From Heptranchias perlo (lineage: Eukaryota): a stretch of DNA of 64,000 bases. The stretch spans positions 4,526,001 through 4,590,000 of the forward strand of contig NC_090340.1 of NCBI RefSeq assembly GCF_035084215.1, read 5' to 3'. The notes beneath the pieces were generated by a model, which did not search any database, was not told the DNA's origin, and worked only from the letters and a program-made list of their open reading frames with translations. Position numbers and translations under genes: made by a program. Shown piece after piece: positions 26,795 to 38,710 of the stretch; position 1 is the stretch's first letter, and every line of letters begins with the position of its first letter.

Positions 26795-28076
26795 ATGCGG
26801 CAGCAGATACCTGGCATTTACCCGACAATGTGGAAAATTGCCCAGGTATGTCCTGTCCACAAAAAGCAGGACAAATCCAATCAGGCCAATTACCGCCCCA
26901 TCAGTCTACTCTCAATCATCAGCAAAGTGATGGAAGGTGTCATCGACAGTGCTATCAAGCGGCACTTACTCACCAATAACCTGCTCACCGATGCTAAGTT
27001 TGGGTTCCGCCAGAACCACTCGGCTCCAGACCTTATTGGAGCCTTGATCCAAACATGGACAAAAGAGCTGAATTCCAGAGGTGAGGTGAGAATGACATCA
27101 AGGCAGCATTTGACCAAGTGTGGCACCAAGGAGCCCAAGTAAATTTAGTCAATGGGAATCAGGGGGAAAACTCTCCAGTGGCTGTAGACATACCTCCCAC
27201 AAAGGAAGATGGTAGTGGTTGTTGGAGACCTATCATCTCAGCCCCAGCACTTTGCTGCAGGAGCTCCTCAGGGCACTGTCCCTGGCCCAATCATCTTCAG
27301 CTGCTTCGTCAATGACCTTCCCTCCATTATAAGGTCATAAGATCAGAAATTGGGATGTTCGCTGATGATTGCACATTGTTCAGTTCCATTCACAAGCACT
27401 CAGATAATGATGCGTTCTGTGCCTGCATGCAGCAAGACCTGGACAATATCCAGGCTTGGGCTGATTAGTGGCAGGTCAGAGGCTGGATATTCTGAGGCGA
27501 GTGACTCACCTCCTGACTCCCCAAAGCCTTTCCACCATCTAGAAGGCACAGTCTAAAGTGTGATGGAATACTCTCCACTTGCCTGGATAAGTGCAGCTCC
27601 AACAACACTCAAGAAGCTCGACACCATCCAGGACAAAGCAGCCGCCTTGATTGGCACCCCATCCACCACCATGAACATTCACTCTCTTCACCACCGGCGC
27701 ACGGTGGCTGCCGTGTGTCACATCCACAGGATGCACTGCAGCAACTCGCCAAGGCTACTTCGACAGCATGTTACGAACCCGCGACCTCGATCACCTAGAA
27801 GGACAAAGGCAGCAGGCACATGGGAACAACACCACCACCAAGTTCCCCTCCAAGTCACACACCATCCCGACTTGAAAATATATCGCCGGTCCTTCATCCT
27901 CGCTGGGTCAATATCCTGGAACTCCCTACCTGACAGCACTGTTGGAGAAACTTCAACACACAGGTCGCAGCGGTTCAAGAATGCAGCTCTTCACCACCTT
28001 CTCAAGGGCTATTTGGATGGGTAATAAATGCTGGCCTTGCAGGTGACGCTCACATCCCATGACGGAATAAAAAAAA
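26795..28076 (+). mobile_element. CR1-group LINE family A, 5'-truncated
   Basis: WKIAQVCPVHKKQDKSN.ANYRPISLL and VMEYSPLAW; 3' tail taataaatgctggccttgcaggtgacgctcacatcccatga plus A-tract. Confidence 0.92.
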
Positions 28077-28874
28077 CAATCTGTGTTTCATAAAGAAGTC
28101 ACATTATGGAGGAATAAAAATAAAACCTTCAGCAGTGGAACAGAAATACTGACGTTCATTATTAAATAATAGACGAGCACACTCGGATAGTCAAAATACA
28201 TGTCTTTGTTTAGATTTCGTTTGCATCCGAGAGCTTGAATTTGATAATCAATGGGATAAAGCTGATTGACGAATTTAACAGTTCCTTAGCTACTAAATAC
28301 TATTCGCATGTATACACTGTTTTTATTGATACGTGCTATTTCGAGTTGTAGTGGGCACTGTACGGATTTGAATGGACGTTACTAAGAAATTTGTTCAGAC
28401 ACAGTGAGGTTAATGTTTTGCATTGGTTTCTGGCAATGAAATACAAAGGATAATATTTCAGTTTTAGCATAGGTCAAACATTTCTCAAAAGCTCTTCCCT
28501 CGAACAAGCTCTGACGCAAGAAGCGAAAAAATATGCTGTAATATTTTCAATATTGGTTGCAAGTAGATGACACAATGAATATTTTCCCCTCACATAATAC
28601 AGCTGAGGATAGAAACACGCCTATGTGCGTGTCACGGGAGAGCAATTAATTGCTTAGTATAGCAAGTAGACGGAAAGATGCGACGACCCGTGTGTGAAGC
28701 CAGCAGGCACAGGAGCCAAATGAATTTTGTTTTCTTGGGGTGTAGGCAGGTTCTATAAAACATGTATTGTAATTCATATTTCAGCGCTGGCTAACATAAG
28801 GAAATGTTTCTAATTACCTCCTAAAGTATGCTTATTAGTTTAACCAGAGTTGGTAAGGAAATGAACAACTTTAC

Positions 28875-29182
28875 TGTGTATAAACCAATCACCTTCACTA
28901 TGGCTGAAGTGCGCAGAGAAATATGGGATATCAGACATGTATAAACACTCACGCTTTGGACTGGCTGTTGCTCTTCCAAATAACTAACAACTTCGTTCAC
29001 GCCCTCCTGTGTATTCCGCCGTTTGATTGTATTTATCCCAGTTGTAGTTTGGGTACCATTTTTAAACCAAGTGATGGTGAGATCCTCCGGATAATATCCC
29101 GATGTTTCACATATCAGAGTCAGAGAAGCAGATCAAGCTTTTCGACTTTCCACTGAGGTGATCTTCAATGGAGTCCGCGCTG
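28875..29182 (-). pseudogene. Pseudogene 2 C1-set exon
   Basis: cag|ARTPLKITSVESRKA*SASLTLICETSGYYPEDLTITWFKNGTQTTTGINTIKRRNTQEGVNEVVSYLEEQQPVQSVSVYTCLISHISLRTSAIV..|gtaaag. C1 motifs C-x4-YYP, W-x-K-x-G and Y-x-C-x-I-x-H are present; TGA at 29133-35. Confidence 0.95.
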
Positions 29183-29775
29183 CTGCAGAGCAGAAAATGC
29201 AAAAGAAAATAATATTACCGGGACTCCTTTGATTGATTGTAACACTATTTTGCTTTGTGTGCATTGCTGCACTAGTACTCCAGCGAATAACGCGATGGTT
29301 TCATCGTGTTTATGAATAGATGTTGCATATTACAAACTGTCAAGTAATTACATCGGGTACGTTTCTCTTGAACGCCTGAGCCAAAGAGCCGGATTCAGGG
29401 ACAGAACTGCTCAATATGTTCCTTCTATTAAAATTAATGGAAAGGATGTCATGAGCTGCCCCGATTTTGCGAGAAAACAGATTATTTGTCAGTCGACGGC
29501 AATCTTTCCAATTCTATTCCTTACTTTAACAGAGACCTTTAAATAACATATCTTACGCTTTTATTGTGTGTCCATTATCCGTAGATAAAAATCGGCATCG
29601 AATGGGAAAATATCATAGCTGAAACATGTTAAAAGCTAAGAATTCAATTTCATCCAGCGTGCCTCTAATTGTTCTGATTGATATATTAGTTAACAAATAC
29701 AAAAACGGTGACAAATATGCAATGCGTTTAATATTGAGATAAAACTACAACAGTATTCGCCGTGTTCACACTTAC

Positions 29776-30096
29776 CACATACTGCTAAATGTGATCCGCT
29801 TCCATTTCCACTTCTCCTTCCCTGACGGATGACTGTGCAGTAATAGACTCCTGAATCCTGACAACTCACATTCAGGAGCTGGAAGAAGCCAGCTCCTTTA
29901 CTTTGGAGATAAAATCCATATCCCTTATCTGGCCTTATGTGCAGGTATTGAGTCTCATCGTATCTCCACCAACATATGTTTACCTGGAAGTTATTCCGAG
30001 ATAAGGGAAATGTGCATTAGATGCTGGCGTTCGAACCTTTGATCACAGTCATCCGCCCAGAAACTTGAGGCACACTGAGCGAGGTATCGTCGGAGG
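29776..30096 (-). pseudogene. Pseudogene 2 V-set (VJ-like) exon
   Basis: ag|SDDTSLSVPQVSGRMTVIKGSNASI*CTFPLSRNNFQVNICWWRYDETQYLHIRPDKGYGFYLQSKGAGFFQLLNVSCQDSGVYYCTVIRQGRRSGNGSGSHLAVC|gtaagt. 321 nt, identical in length to the intact V exon; TAA at 30017-19. Confidence 0.95.
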
Positions 30097-31447
30097 CTAT
30101 CTGAGATAAATCAAGCAGGTATTTCTCATATTATAGGGCAGAGGGTAAATCAGTATGAAAGAAAATATTTTATAGAATGGAAAACTGCTTCACCCCTACT
30201 TCATATGGAAGGGATTCGAATACAGAGTACATACTTCCCAGTGACGATAATCCTCAGCAGAAGAGTTCCGAACATTCTGTGTAATATCTCAAATTGTTGA
30301 GAATGCGTATAGCTACGAGGTGGATGGTTTGTAAGTAAGACGTTCAGGTAGATGCATCAGCATTGAGTCACAGCGAAGTTCCACATCATTGTCGTATAGT
30401 TTTAGGAAAGGTGGGGTATGAATTCAATGGAGTTAGTGGATAAGAAACTCGGCTGAGTTGTAAAACGAGCTCTGGATTGATTAGCGCCCGTTTTGCGCTA
30501 TTTCCCAAGTGAGTGTTTATTCATTTAGGAAAAGAGGTGTGCAATTAAACCGTCGCAGAAATCGTCCATTTTATTTAGAGTAAAAAGTTAAATGCTACCC
30601 GAAGCTTGCAGAAGTTCCAATTCATACTTAAACATGACTTGTCGAATCAGGATTGTTGCATTATTCGTTAAACTCCAGGAAATGTGTTCACCTGTGTAAA
30701 TTGCCTCAACTTTAAGGATCTAGGATCAGTTTAGTAAGAATTCTATTTGTCCTACAAAGGGGGAGGTCGAATTTCAGAGGATTGTGTCGCCAACAGCCTG
30801 TTTGCCACATCTGAATAATTCGATGACGAGCCATCTCGATACACAATATCGAACTTACAATGAATTCTGTCGACTCCTTGCATGCCACTCCTATCGTTAT
30901 TTTAAGAAGTTTTCACATTTGCTTCGGCATTGCAAACATAGCAAGACTTCCGTCCATGCTTACAGTTCATCTAACTCGTCCCTAGCAGAGGACCATTTCC
31001 TCCGAGATTGTTAAAAATCAGCAGAGATAAAATATCCAATGATGTTACTAATGCAGAAGCTTAGTTGTCTTTGCAATGGTGAATAATTTCCACTAACTCC
31101 ACCACCCAAAGCATTGACGGAGCTGATGTTCACGTTGCCTTCAGGATCCCACTCCTCGTACTGTACCGTTAGTCTTCCCTGTACCCAGCACTGAAGACTC
31201 AAACACCCAGTTCACAACACTTTCTACTTTTCGTCAGGTGACACCTTAAATGGCGGATCCTTCTGCCTTACCGTATGGTTCATGTAGGCTTAGAAGACGC
31301 AGGACAGCATTGGAGGAAGGACAGAGAATACTCTCGTGGGCGAATTCAACCTTCCCTCTTCGAGAAAATGTTTAATTTACCATTCGTTCCATTTCCTGTT
31401 TGTGGGTTCTCGCTGTATGCAAATTTAATGCCGCCTTTAACCAAAAA

Positions 31448-32085
31448 TAGAATATAAAAACAGGGAGGTATTGCTGCAGTTATATAAGGTATTGGTGAGA
31501 CCGCACCTGGAATACTGCATACAGTTTTGGTCTCCATACTTAAGAAAAGACATACTTGCTCTCGAGGCATTACAAAGAAGGTTCACTCGGTTACTCCCGG
31601 GGATGAGGGGGCGGACATATGAGGAGAGGTTGAGTAGATTGGGACTCTACTCATTGGAGTTCAGAAGAATGAGAGGCGATCTTATTGAAACATATAAGAT
31701 TGTGAAGGGGCTTGATCGGGTGGATGCGGTAGGGATGTTCCCAAGGATGGGTGACACTAGAACTAGGGGGCTTAATCTTAGAATAAGGGGCTGCTCTTTC
31801 AAGACTGAGATGAGGAGAAACTACTTCACTCAGGTCTGTGCAATTTGCTGCCCCAGGAAGCTGTGGAAGCTGTGGAAGCTACATCATTAAATAAATTTAA
31901 AACAGAAATAGACAGTTTCCTAGAAGTAAAGGGAATTAGGGGTTACGGGGAACGGGCAGGAAATTGGAAATGAATTTAGATTTGAGGTTAGGAACAGATC
32001 AGCCATGATCTTATTGAATGGCGGAGCAGGCTCGAGGGGCCGATTGGCCTACTCCTGCTCCTATTTCTTATGTTCTTATGTTCTT
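31448..32085 (+). mobile_element. Young CR1 LINE 3' fragment, near-identical to the 24898-26089 copy
   Basis: LLQLYKVLVRPHLEYCIQFWSPYLRKDILALEA..RGRTYEERLSRLGLYSLEFRRMRGDLIETYKIVKG matches almost residue for residue; (ttcttatg)n tail. Confidence 0.95.
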
Positions 32086-32344
32086 AAAAGCCACACTCAC
32101 AGCACTTCAAAAAATAATCAGAGGTGAAACGCTTTGGGATAATCTGGCATGAGTGTAAAAGCAATGTTTTTCTTAAAATGGAACAGGAAAAGATGAAACA
32201 CAATATCCTGAGCGCATTACTTCCTGACACAACAAATCACAGAATAACATAGAATGCACAGCACAGAAATAGGCCATTAGGCCCAACAGTTCCACCGGGG
32301 TTTTTATGCTCCACACGAGCCTCCTCCCACACATCTTAATTTAA

Positions 32345-32555
32345 TGCCGGTGATGGACTGGGGTTGACAATTGTAAACAATTTTACAACAACAAGTTATA
32401 GTCCAGCAATTTTATTTTAAATTCACAAGCTTTCGGAGGCTTCCTCCTTCGTCATTTTCACATCGTTCACCTGACGAAGGAGGAAGCCTCCGAAAGCTTG
32501 TGAATTTAAAATAAAATTGCTGGACTATAACTTGGTGTTGTAAAATTGTTTATAA
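32345..32555. mobile_element. Penelope-like (PLE) non-autonomous insertion: 84-bp inverted repeat with 12-bp TSD
   Basis: Arms 32371-32454 and 32472-32555 (2 mismatches, 17-nt spacer). TSD atcttaatttaa at 32333-44 and 32556-67. Confidence 0.85.
32466..32504 (+). ncRNA. Minimal type-I hammerhead ribozyme motif (PLE-associated)
   Basis: UUCAC-CUGACGA-A-GGAGG(AAG)CCUCC-GAAA-GCUU-GUGAA: stem I UUCAC/GUGAA, core CUGANGA and GAAA, 5-bp stem II, and palindromic AAGCUU in place of stem III. Confidence 0.75.
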
Positions 32556-34354
32556 ATCTTAATTTAACCCTAACAACAAATCCTTCTATTCCTATCTCCC
32601 TCATGTGTTTATCTAGACTCCCCTGCACTGCATCAATGCTGGCAGACTCAACCGCTTCTTGTGGCAGCGAGTTCCACATTCTAACCACGGTCTGGGTAAA
32701 GAAATTTCTCCAGAATGCCCTGTTGGATTTATTAGTGACTATCTTATATTTATGGCCCCAAGTTCTGGCCCCACCCCAAGTGGAAACATTTTCTCTCCGT
32801 TTACCCTATCAAACCCCTTCATAATCTTAAAGACCTCTATCAGGTCACCCATCAGTATTCTCTTTAATAGAGAAAAACGCACCAGCATGTTTAGTCTTTC
32901 CTGATAGGGATAACCTCTCAGTTCTGGTATCATCTTAGTAAATATTGTTGCACCTTTTCCAGTGCACCTATAGACTTATTATAATACGGAGACCTGATCT
33001 GTTCACAATTATCCAAGTGTGGTCTAATCAATATTCTATCCAAATTTAACATAATTTCCCTGTGTTTGAATTCTACCCCTCTAGAAATGAACCCCAGTGC
33101 TTTCTTTTCTTTCTTGTATTGCTTTATTAACCTGCGTCTCTGCATTTATTGATTTTTGTATCTGTGCCCCCAGATACAGCTCCTCTATCCCATTTAGACT
33201 CTCATTCTCCAAGAAGTATATAACTTTCTTATTCTTGGACACTTACATAGAATGTACACTTAGCTTTATTGAAATTAAATTGCCAATTACACGCCCATTC
33301 TGCAAGTTTATTAAAGTCTTTCTTCATTTCGTTGCAGTTCTCCTCAGTATTAACTCGACACCCAATTTTGCGCCTCCGCTAATTTTGTGATTGTGCTTCC
33401 GATTCTTGAGTTCAATTCATTTATGTAAATGGTGAACTTCAGTGGTTCCAGCGCCGATCTTTGTAGAACATCACTTCTTAACTTCTGCCAGTCTGAGTAA
33501 ATACCTTTAAGACCTACTCTGTTCATTGTTTAGTCGCCAGGTTGCAATGCATTCTGCTATTTGTCCCCTGGCACCACATGCTCTGACCTTAGTTATAAGT
33601 CTACTATGTGGTACCTTATCGAAGGCTTTTGAAAATCCAAATATTTTCCATCAATTGCATTAACTTTGTCTACCTTTACTGTTACTTCTTCAAAAGAAAT
33701 CAATAAGGTTGGTCAAGCATGACCTCCCCTTTTGAAATCTGTGCTGTTAATTCTTTATTATATTTTCGTTTTCTAAATATTTTTCTATTACATCTTTGAG
33801 TAAGGATTCATTTATTTTTTCCAACCACCGACAGAAAGCGTATTGGTTTATAGTCCCCTCGACGTGTTCTATCTCCTTTTAAAATATAAGAATTACATTG
33901 TCTGTCTATCAGTCCTCTGGCACTATTCCTTTTTCTAATAAATTTTAAAAGAAATAATTAATAGTGCCTCTGATCTTTGCTACTAAAGTCATGCCCACCA
34001 TAATAGCCTCCCTGATAAATACTGAGGTAAATTGATTATTTATGATTTCTGCCATTTCGGTCTCATTTCCTGCCAATTTATCTGTTAGTAGCTCTATCCC
34101 TATGCTGATTTTTCTTTTCATATTCATCTGTCTATGCAGTACTTCACCATTTCTTTTTATAATGATGATAATTGAATTTCGTAGTTTCTCATTGCTTGCT
34201 AATTGTTTTCTTAATTTCCTTCCTAACGTGATCTTATTCCGTTTTGCCATCCTTTCTTCTGTTGTCTATGAACGCACTCAGTGCCCTTTTCTTCAGTTTA
34301 AATGTTATTCATAGGTCTTTATTTATCCATGGTGTGTTATTACTGGCTAATTCA

Positions 34355-36447
34355 AAGGGGTGATTCAAGGGGTACAGGGTAAACATGTTACCATAAAGAA
34401 AAAGGGAGAAACTGCCAAATCTAAAGCCAGGATGTCAAGAAGCATTCAGGGTAAAAGAAGGCAGAAAAATAAAGCCGATGATATTCACCAGGAACTCAAT
34501 ACCACGGAAAGCTTAGAGGGGTATACAAAGTGCAGGAGTGAGTTAAAAAGTAAATTAGGAAAGCAAAGTGAGGGCGTGAAAAAATATGAGCAGGTAAAAT
34601 CAAAGAAAACCCAAAGATGTTTTATAAATAGGTTAAGAGCAAGAGGATAACTAAGGAAAGATTAGGGTCTATTAGAGACCAAAAAGGTATACTATGTTTG
34701 GATGCGGAAGATGTGGGTATGGTTCTTCATAAATACTTTGTATCTGTCTTCACAAAGAAGAGGGATGACGCAGATATTGAAGTTAAGGAGGAAGAGTGAG
34801 AAGTGTTGCTTGGGATAAACATAGTGAGAGAGAAAGTATTAAGGGGATTAGCATCTTTGGAAGTAGATAAATCACCAGGGCCGGTTGAAATGTATTCCAG
34901 GCTGTTAAGAGAAGCCAAGGAGGAAATAGCGGAGGCTTTAAAGATCATTTTTCAAACTTCACTGGATACAGGCGTCGTGTCGGACGATTGGAGGACTGCT
35001 AACGTTGTTCCGTTGTTTAAAAAAGGAGCAAAAGATAGACCAAGTAATTAAAGGCCAGTCAGCCTAACCTCGGTGGTGGGCAAATTATCGGAATCAATTC
35101 GAGGGACAGGATAAACTGTCACGTGGAAAGTTACAGACTAATCAAGGAGAGTCAGCACGGATTTGTTAACGGGTGGTGGTGTCTGACCAAGTGGATTGAA
35201 TTTTTCGACGAGTTGACAAGGAGGATCGATGAGGGTAGCACAATTGATTTAGTCTACATGGATTTTCGCAAGGCTTTTGACAAGGTCCCAGATGGCAGAT
35301 TGGTCAAAAAAGTAAAGGCCCGTGGGATCCAAGGGAATGTGGCAAATTGGATCCAAACTTGGCTCAGTGGCAAGAAGCAAAGTGTAATGGTCGACGGGTG
35401 TTTTTGCCACTGGAAGGCTGTTTCTATTGGGGTTCCGCAGGGCTTCATACTAGGTCCTTTGCTTTTTGTGGTATCCATTAACGATTTGGATTTAAAGTAG
35501 GGGCATTATTAAGAAATTTGTGGATGACTTTAAGATAGGCCTTGTGGTTGATAGTAAGCAGGAAAGCTGTAGACTGCAGGAAGATATGAATGGACTGGTG
35601 AGATGGGCAGAAAAGTGGCAAGTGGAGTTCAATCCGGAGAAGTGTGAGGTAATGCATTTAGGGAGGGCAAACAAGGCAAGGAAATACTCTATAAATGAGA
35701 GGATACTGAGAGGTGTAGAGGATACTGAGAGGTGTAGAGGAAGTGAGAGACGTTGGAGTGCATGTCCACAGATCCCTGAAGGTAGCAGAATAGGTAGGTC
35801 AGGTGGTTAAGAAGGCATATATGTAATGCTTCCCGTTATTAGCCGAGGCATAGACTATAAAAGCAGGGTACTTATGGCTGCAACTGTATAAAACACTAGT
35901 TAGGCCACAGCTTGAGTATTGCACACAGTTCTGGTCACCACATTACAGGAAGGATGTAATTGCAATAGAGAGGATGTTGCCAGGACTGGAGAATTTCAGC
36001 TGTGATGACAAATAGGATAGGATGGGGTTGTTTTCCTTGGAGCAGAGGAGGCTGAAGGATGATTTGATTGAGGTGAACAAAATTATTAGGGGACTATATA
36101 GAGGGATAGGAAAGACCTATTTCCCTTACCGGAGGTGTCAATAACCAAGGCACATAGATTTGAACTGATTGGTAGAAGGATTAGAGCGGAAATTAGGATT
36201 TTTTTTCACCGAGATGGTGGTGGGGGTATGGAACTCACTGCCTGAGAGGGTAGTAGAGGTAGAAACCATCAACTCTTTTAAAAAAATACCTGGATGTGCA
36301 CCTGAATAGCAGTGACCTGCAGGGCTACGGTCCAAATGCTGGAAAGTGGAATTGGGCAGAGTTGCTCTTTTCTCAGCCGATGCAGACACCATGGGCCAAA
36401 TGGCTTCTTTCTGTGCCGTAAATTTTCTGGAATTCCATGATTCTATG
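34355..36447 (+). mobile_element. CR1 LINE (HER1-like), 5'-truncated ORF2 remnant
   Basis: DKSPGP..YSRLLREA, DWRTANVVPLFKKG, SQHGF, LVYMDFRKAFDKV, GVPQGFILGP and WQVEFNPEKC; tail ..tgccgtaaattttctggaattccatgattctatga. Confidence 0.92.
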
Positions 36448-36502
36448 AACTTTATAGGGTAGATGTATACTGGTGCCGGAGTTGAACCTTCGAATCTCTT
36501 TA

Positions 36503-36563
36503 CATCTATCTATCCATCGATCTGTCTCTCCATCCATTCAATCTATCTATCTATTCGTCCATC
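36503..36563. repeat. Degenerate (TCTA/TCCA)n microsatellite
   Basis: catctatctatccatcgatctgtctctccatccattcaatctatctatctattcgtccatc. Confidence 0.7.
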
Positions 36564-36747
36564 TAGTTATTTTTCATTATGTCTGAGTATATGCTGAGTG
36601 GTTGTTTCTCTGGGTGGAGAGTCCAGAACTAGAGGGCGTGGTCGCAGGATAAGGGTTCGGACAGTTAAGACTGCGATTTGGAGGAATTTCTGCACTCAGT
36701 CGATTGTGAATCTTTGCGATTGTCTACCCCAGAGGACTGTTGAATAT

Positions 36748-38710
36748 TTAAAATTCGTTCATGGGATGTGGGCTTCGCTGGGGTGGCCAGCAATGTTTGC
36801 CCATCCCTAATTGCCCTTGAGAAGGTGGCGGTGAGCCGTCTTCTTGAACCACTGCAGTCCGTGTGATGAATGCTTTATCACTGTGCTGTGAGGAAGGGAG
36901 TTCTAGGATTTTGACCCAGCGACGATGAAGGAACAGCGATATATTTGCAAGTCGGGATGATATGTCACTTGGAGGGCAACGTGCAGGTGGTGGTGTTCCC
37001 ATGTGCCTGCTGCCATTGTCCTTCTCGGTGATTTGTGCCTTGTAAATGGTGGAAAGACTTTGGGGAGTCAGAAGTTGAGTCACTCGCCACAGAAAACCCA
37101 GCCTCTGACCTGGTCCTCTAGCCACATTATCGATGTTGCTGGTCCAGTCAAGATTCTGGACAATGGTGACCCCACAGGATGTTCGTAGTGGGGGATTCGG
37201 CAATGGTAATGCCGGTGAATGTCAAGGGGAGATGGTTAGATTCTCTCTTGTTGGAGATGGTGATTGCCCGGCACTTTTCTGGCGCGAATGTTACTTGCCA
37301 CTTATCAGCCCAAGTCTGGATGTTGTCCAGGTCTTGTTGCATGTGGGCACGGACTGCTTCATTATATGAGGATTTGCGAATGGAACTGAACACGGTGCAA
37401 TCATTAGCGAACATCCCCATTTCTGACATTATGATGGCGGGAAGGTCATTCATGAAGCAGCTGAAGATGGTTGGGCCGAGGACAGAGCCCTGAGGAACAC
37501 CTGCAGCTATGTACTGGGGCTGAGATAATAGGCCTCCAAAAACCACTATCATATTCCTTTGTGCTAGGCATGGCTCCAGCCACTGGAGGGTTTTCGCCCT
37601 GGTTCCCATTGACTTTAATTTTACTAGGGCTCCTTGGTGCCACATTCGGTCAAATGCTGCCTTGATGTCAAGGGCAGTCACTCTCACCTCACCTCTGGAA
37701 TTCAGCTCTTTTGTCCATGTTTGGACCAAGGCTGTAATGAGGTCAGGAGCCGAGCGGTCGTGGTGGAACCTAAACTGACCATCGGTGAGCAGGTTATTGG
37801 TGAGTAAGTGCCGCTTGATAGCACTGTCGACGACACCGTCCATCACTTTGCTGATGGTTGAGAGTAGACTGATAGGCGGTAATTGGCCAGATTGCATTTG
37901 TCCTGCTTTTTGTGGACATGACATACCTGGCAATTTTCCACATTGTCGTGTAGATGCCAGTGTAGAAGTTGTACTGGGACATTTTTGTGGAGGCATGGCT
38001 AATTCTGGAGCACAAGTCTTCAGCACTACAGCCGGGATGTTGTCGGGGTCCATAGCCTTTGCTGTATCCAGTGCACTCAGCCGTTTCTTGATATCACGTA
38101 GCGTGAATCGAACTGGCTGAAGACTGGCTTCTGTGATGGTGGCGATATCGAGAGCTGGCTGAGATGGATCATCCACTCGGCATTTCTGGCTGAAGATGCT
38201 TGCAAACGCTTCAGCCTTGTCTTTTGTACTCACGTGCTGGACTCCGCCATCATTGAGGATGGGGATGTTTACAGAGCCTTCTCATCCCATTAGTTGTTTA
38301 ATTGTCCATCACTATTCACGACTGGATGTGGAGGACTGCAGAGCTTTGATCTGATCCATCGGTTGTGGAATCACTTAGCTCTGTCTACAGCATGTTGCTT
38401 TCGCTGTTTAGCATGCACGTAGTCTTGAGTTGTAGCATCACCAGTTTGGACCTCATTTTTAGGTACGCCTTATGCTGCTCCTGGCATACTCTTCTACACT
38501 CCTCATTGAACCAGGGTTGATCCTCTGGCTTGTTCGTAAAGGTAGAGTGAGGAATATGCCGGGCCATGAGGTTACAGATTGTGATACAATAAAATTCTGC
38601 TGCTGCTGATGGCCCACTTCGCCTCATGGATGCCTAGTTTTGAGCTGCTAGACCTGTCCTGAATCTATCGCATTTAGCACGGTGATAGTGCCACACAACA
38701 CGTTGGATGA
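36748..38710 (-). mobile_element. CR1-group LINE family A nested in a plus-strand CR1 3' fragment (36598-36747 / 38711-38900)
   Basis: 361-aa RT ORF at 37148-38233, 3' tail at ~36750-36830; gttgaatat is repeated on both sides (36739-47, 38717-25). Confidence 0.92.

Larger units (their letters stand above)
28875..30290 (-). pseudogene. Pseudogene 2 of the leader-V-C1 Ig-superfamily receptor
   Basis: Degenerate leader (~30290-30239, ..GTLLLRIIVT+G|ggaagt, donor GT>GG), V exon 30096-29776 and C1 exon 29182-28875. One nonsense codon each in V and C1. Confidence 0.92.
32245..34345 (-). mobile_element. Older CR1 LINE, degraded, interrupted by a Penelope-type insertion
   Basis: Reverse ORFs MVRMWNSLPQEAVES, GYPYQERLN..GDLIEVFKIMKG and LIRPHLDNC. 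Confidence 0.88.
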
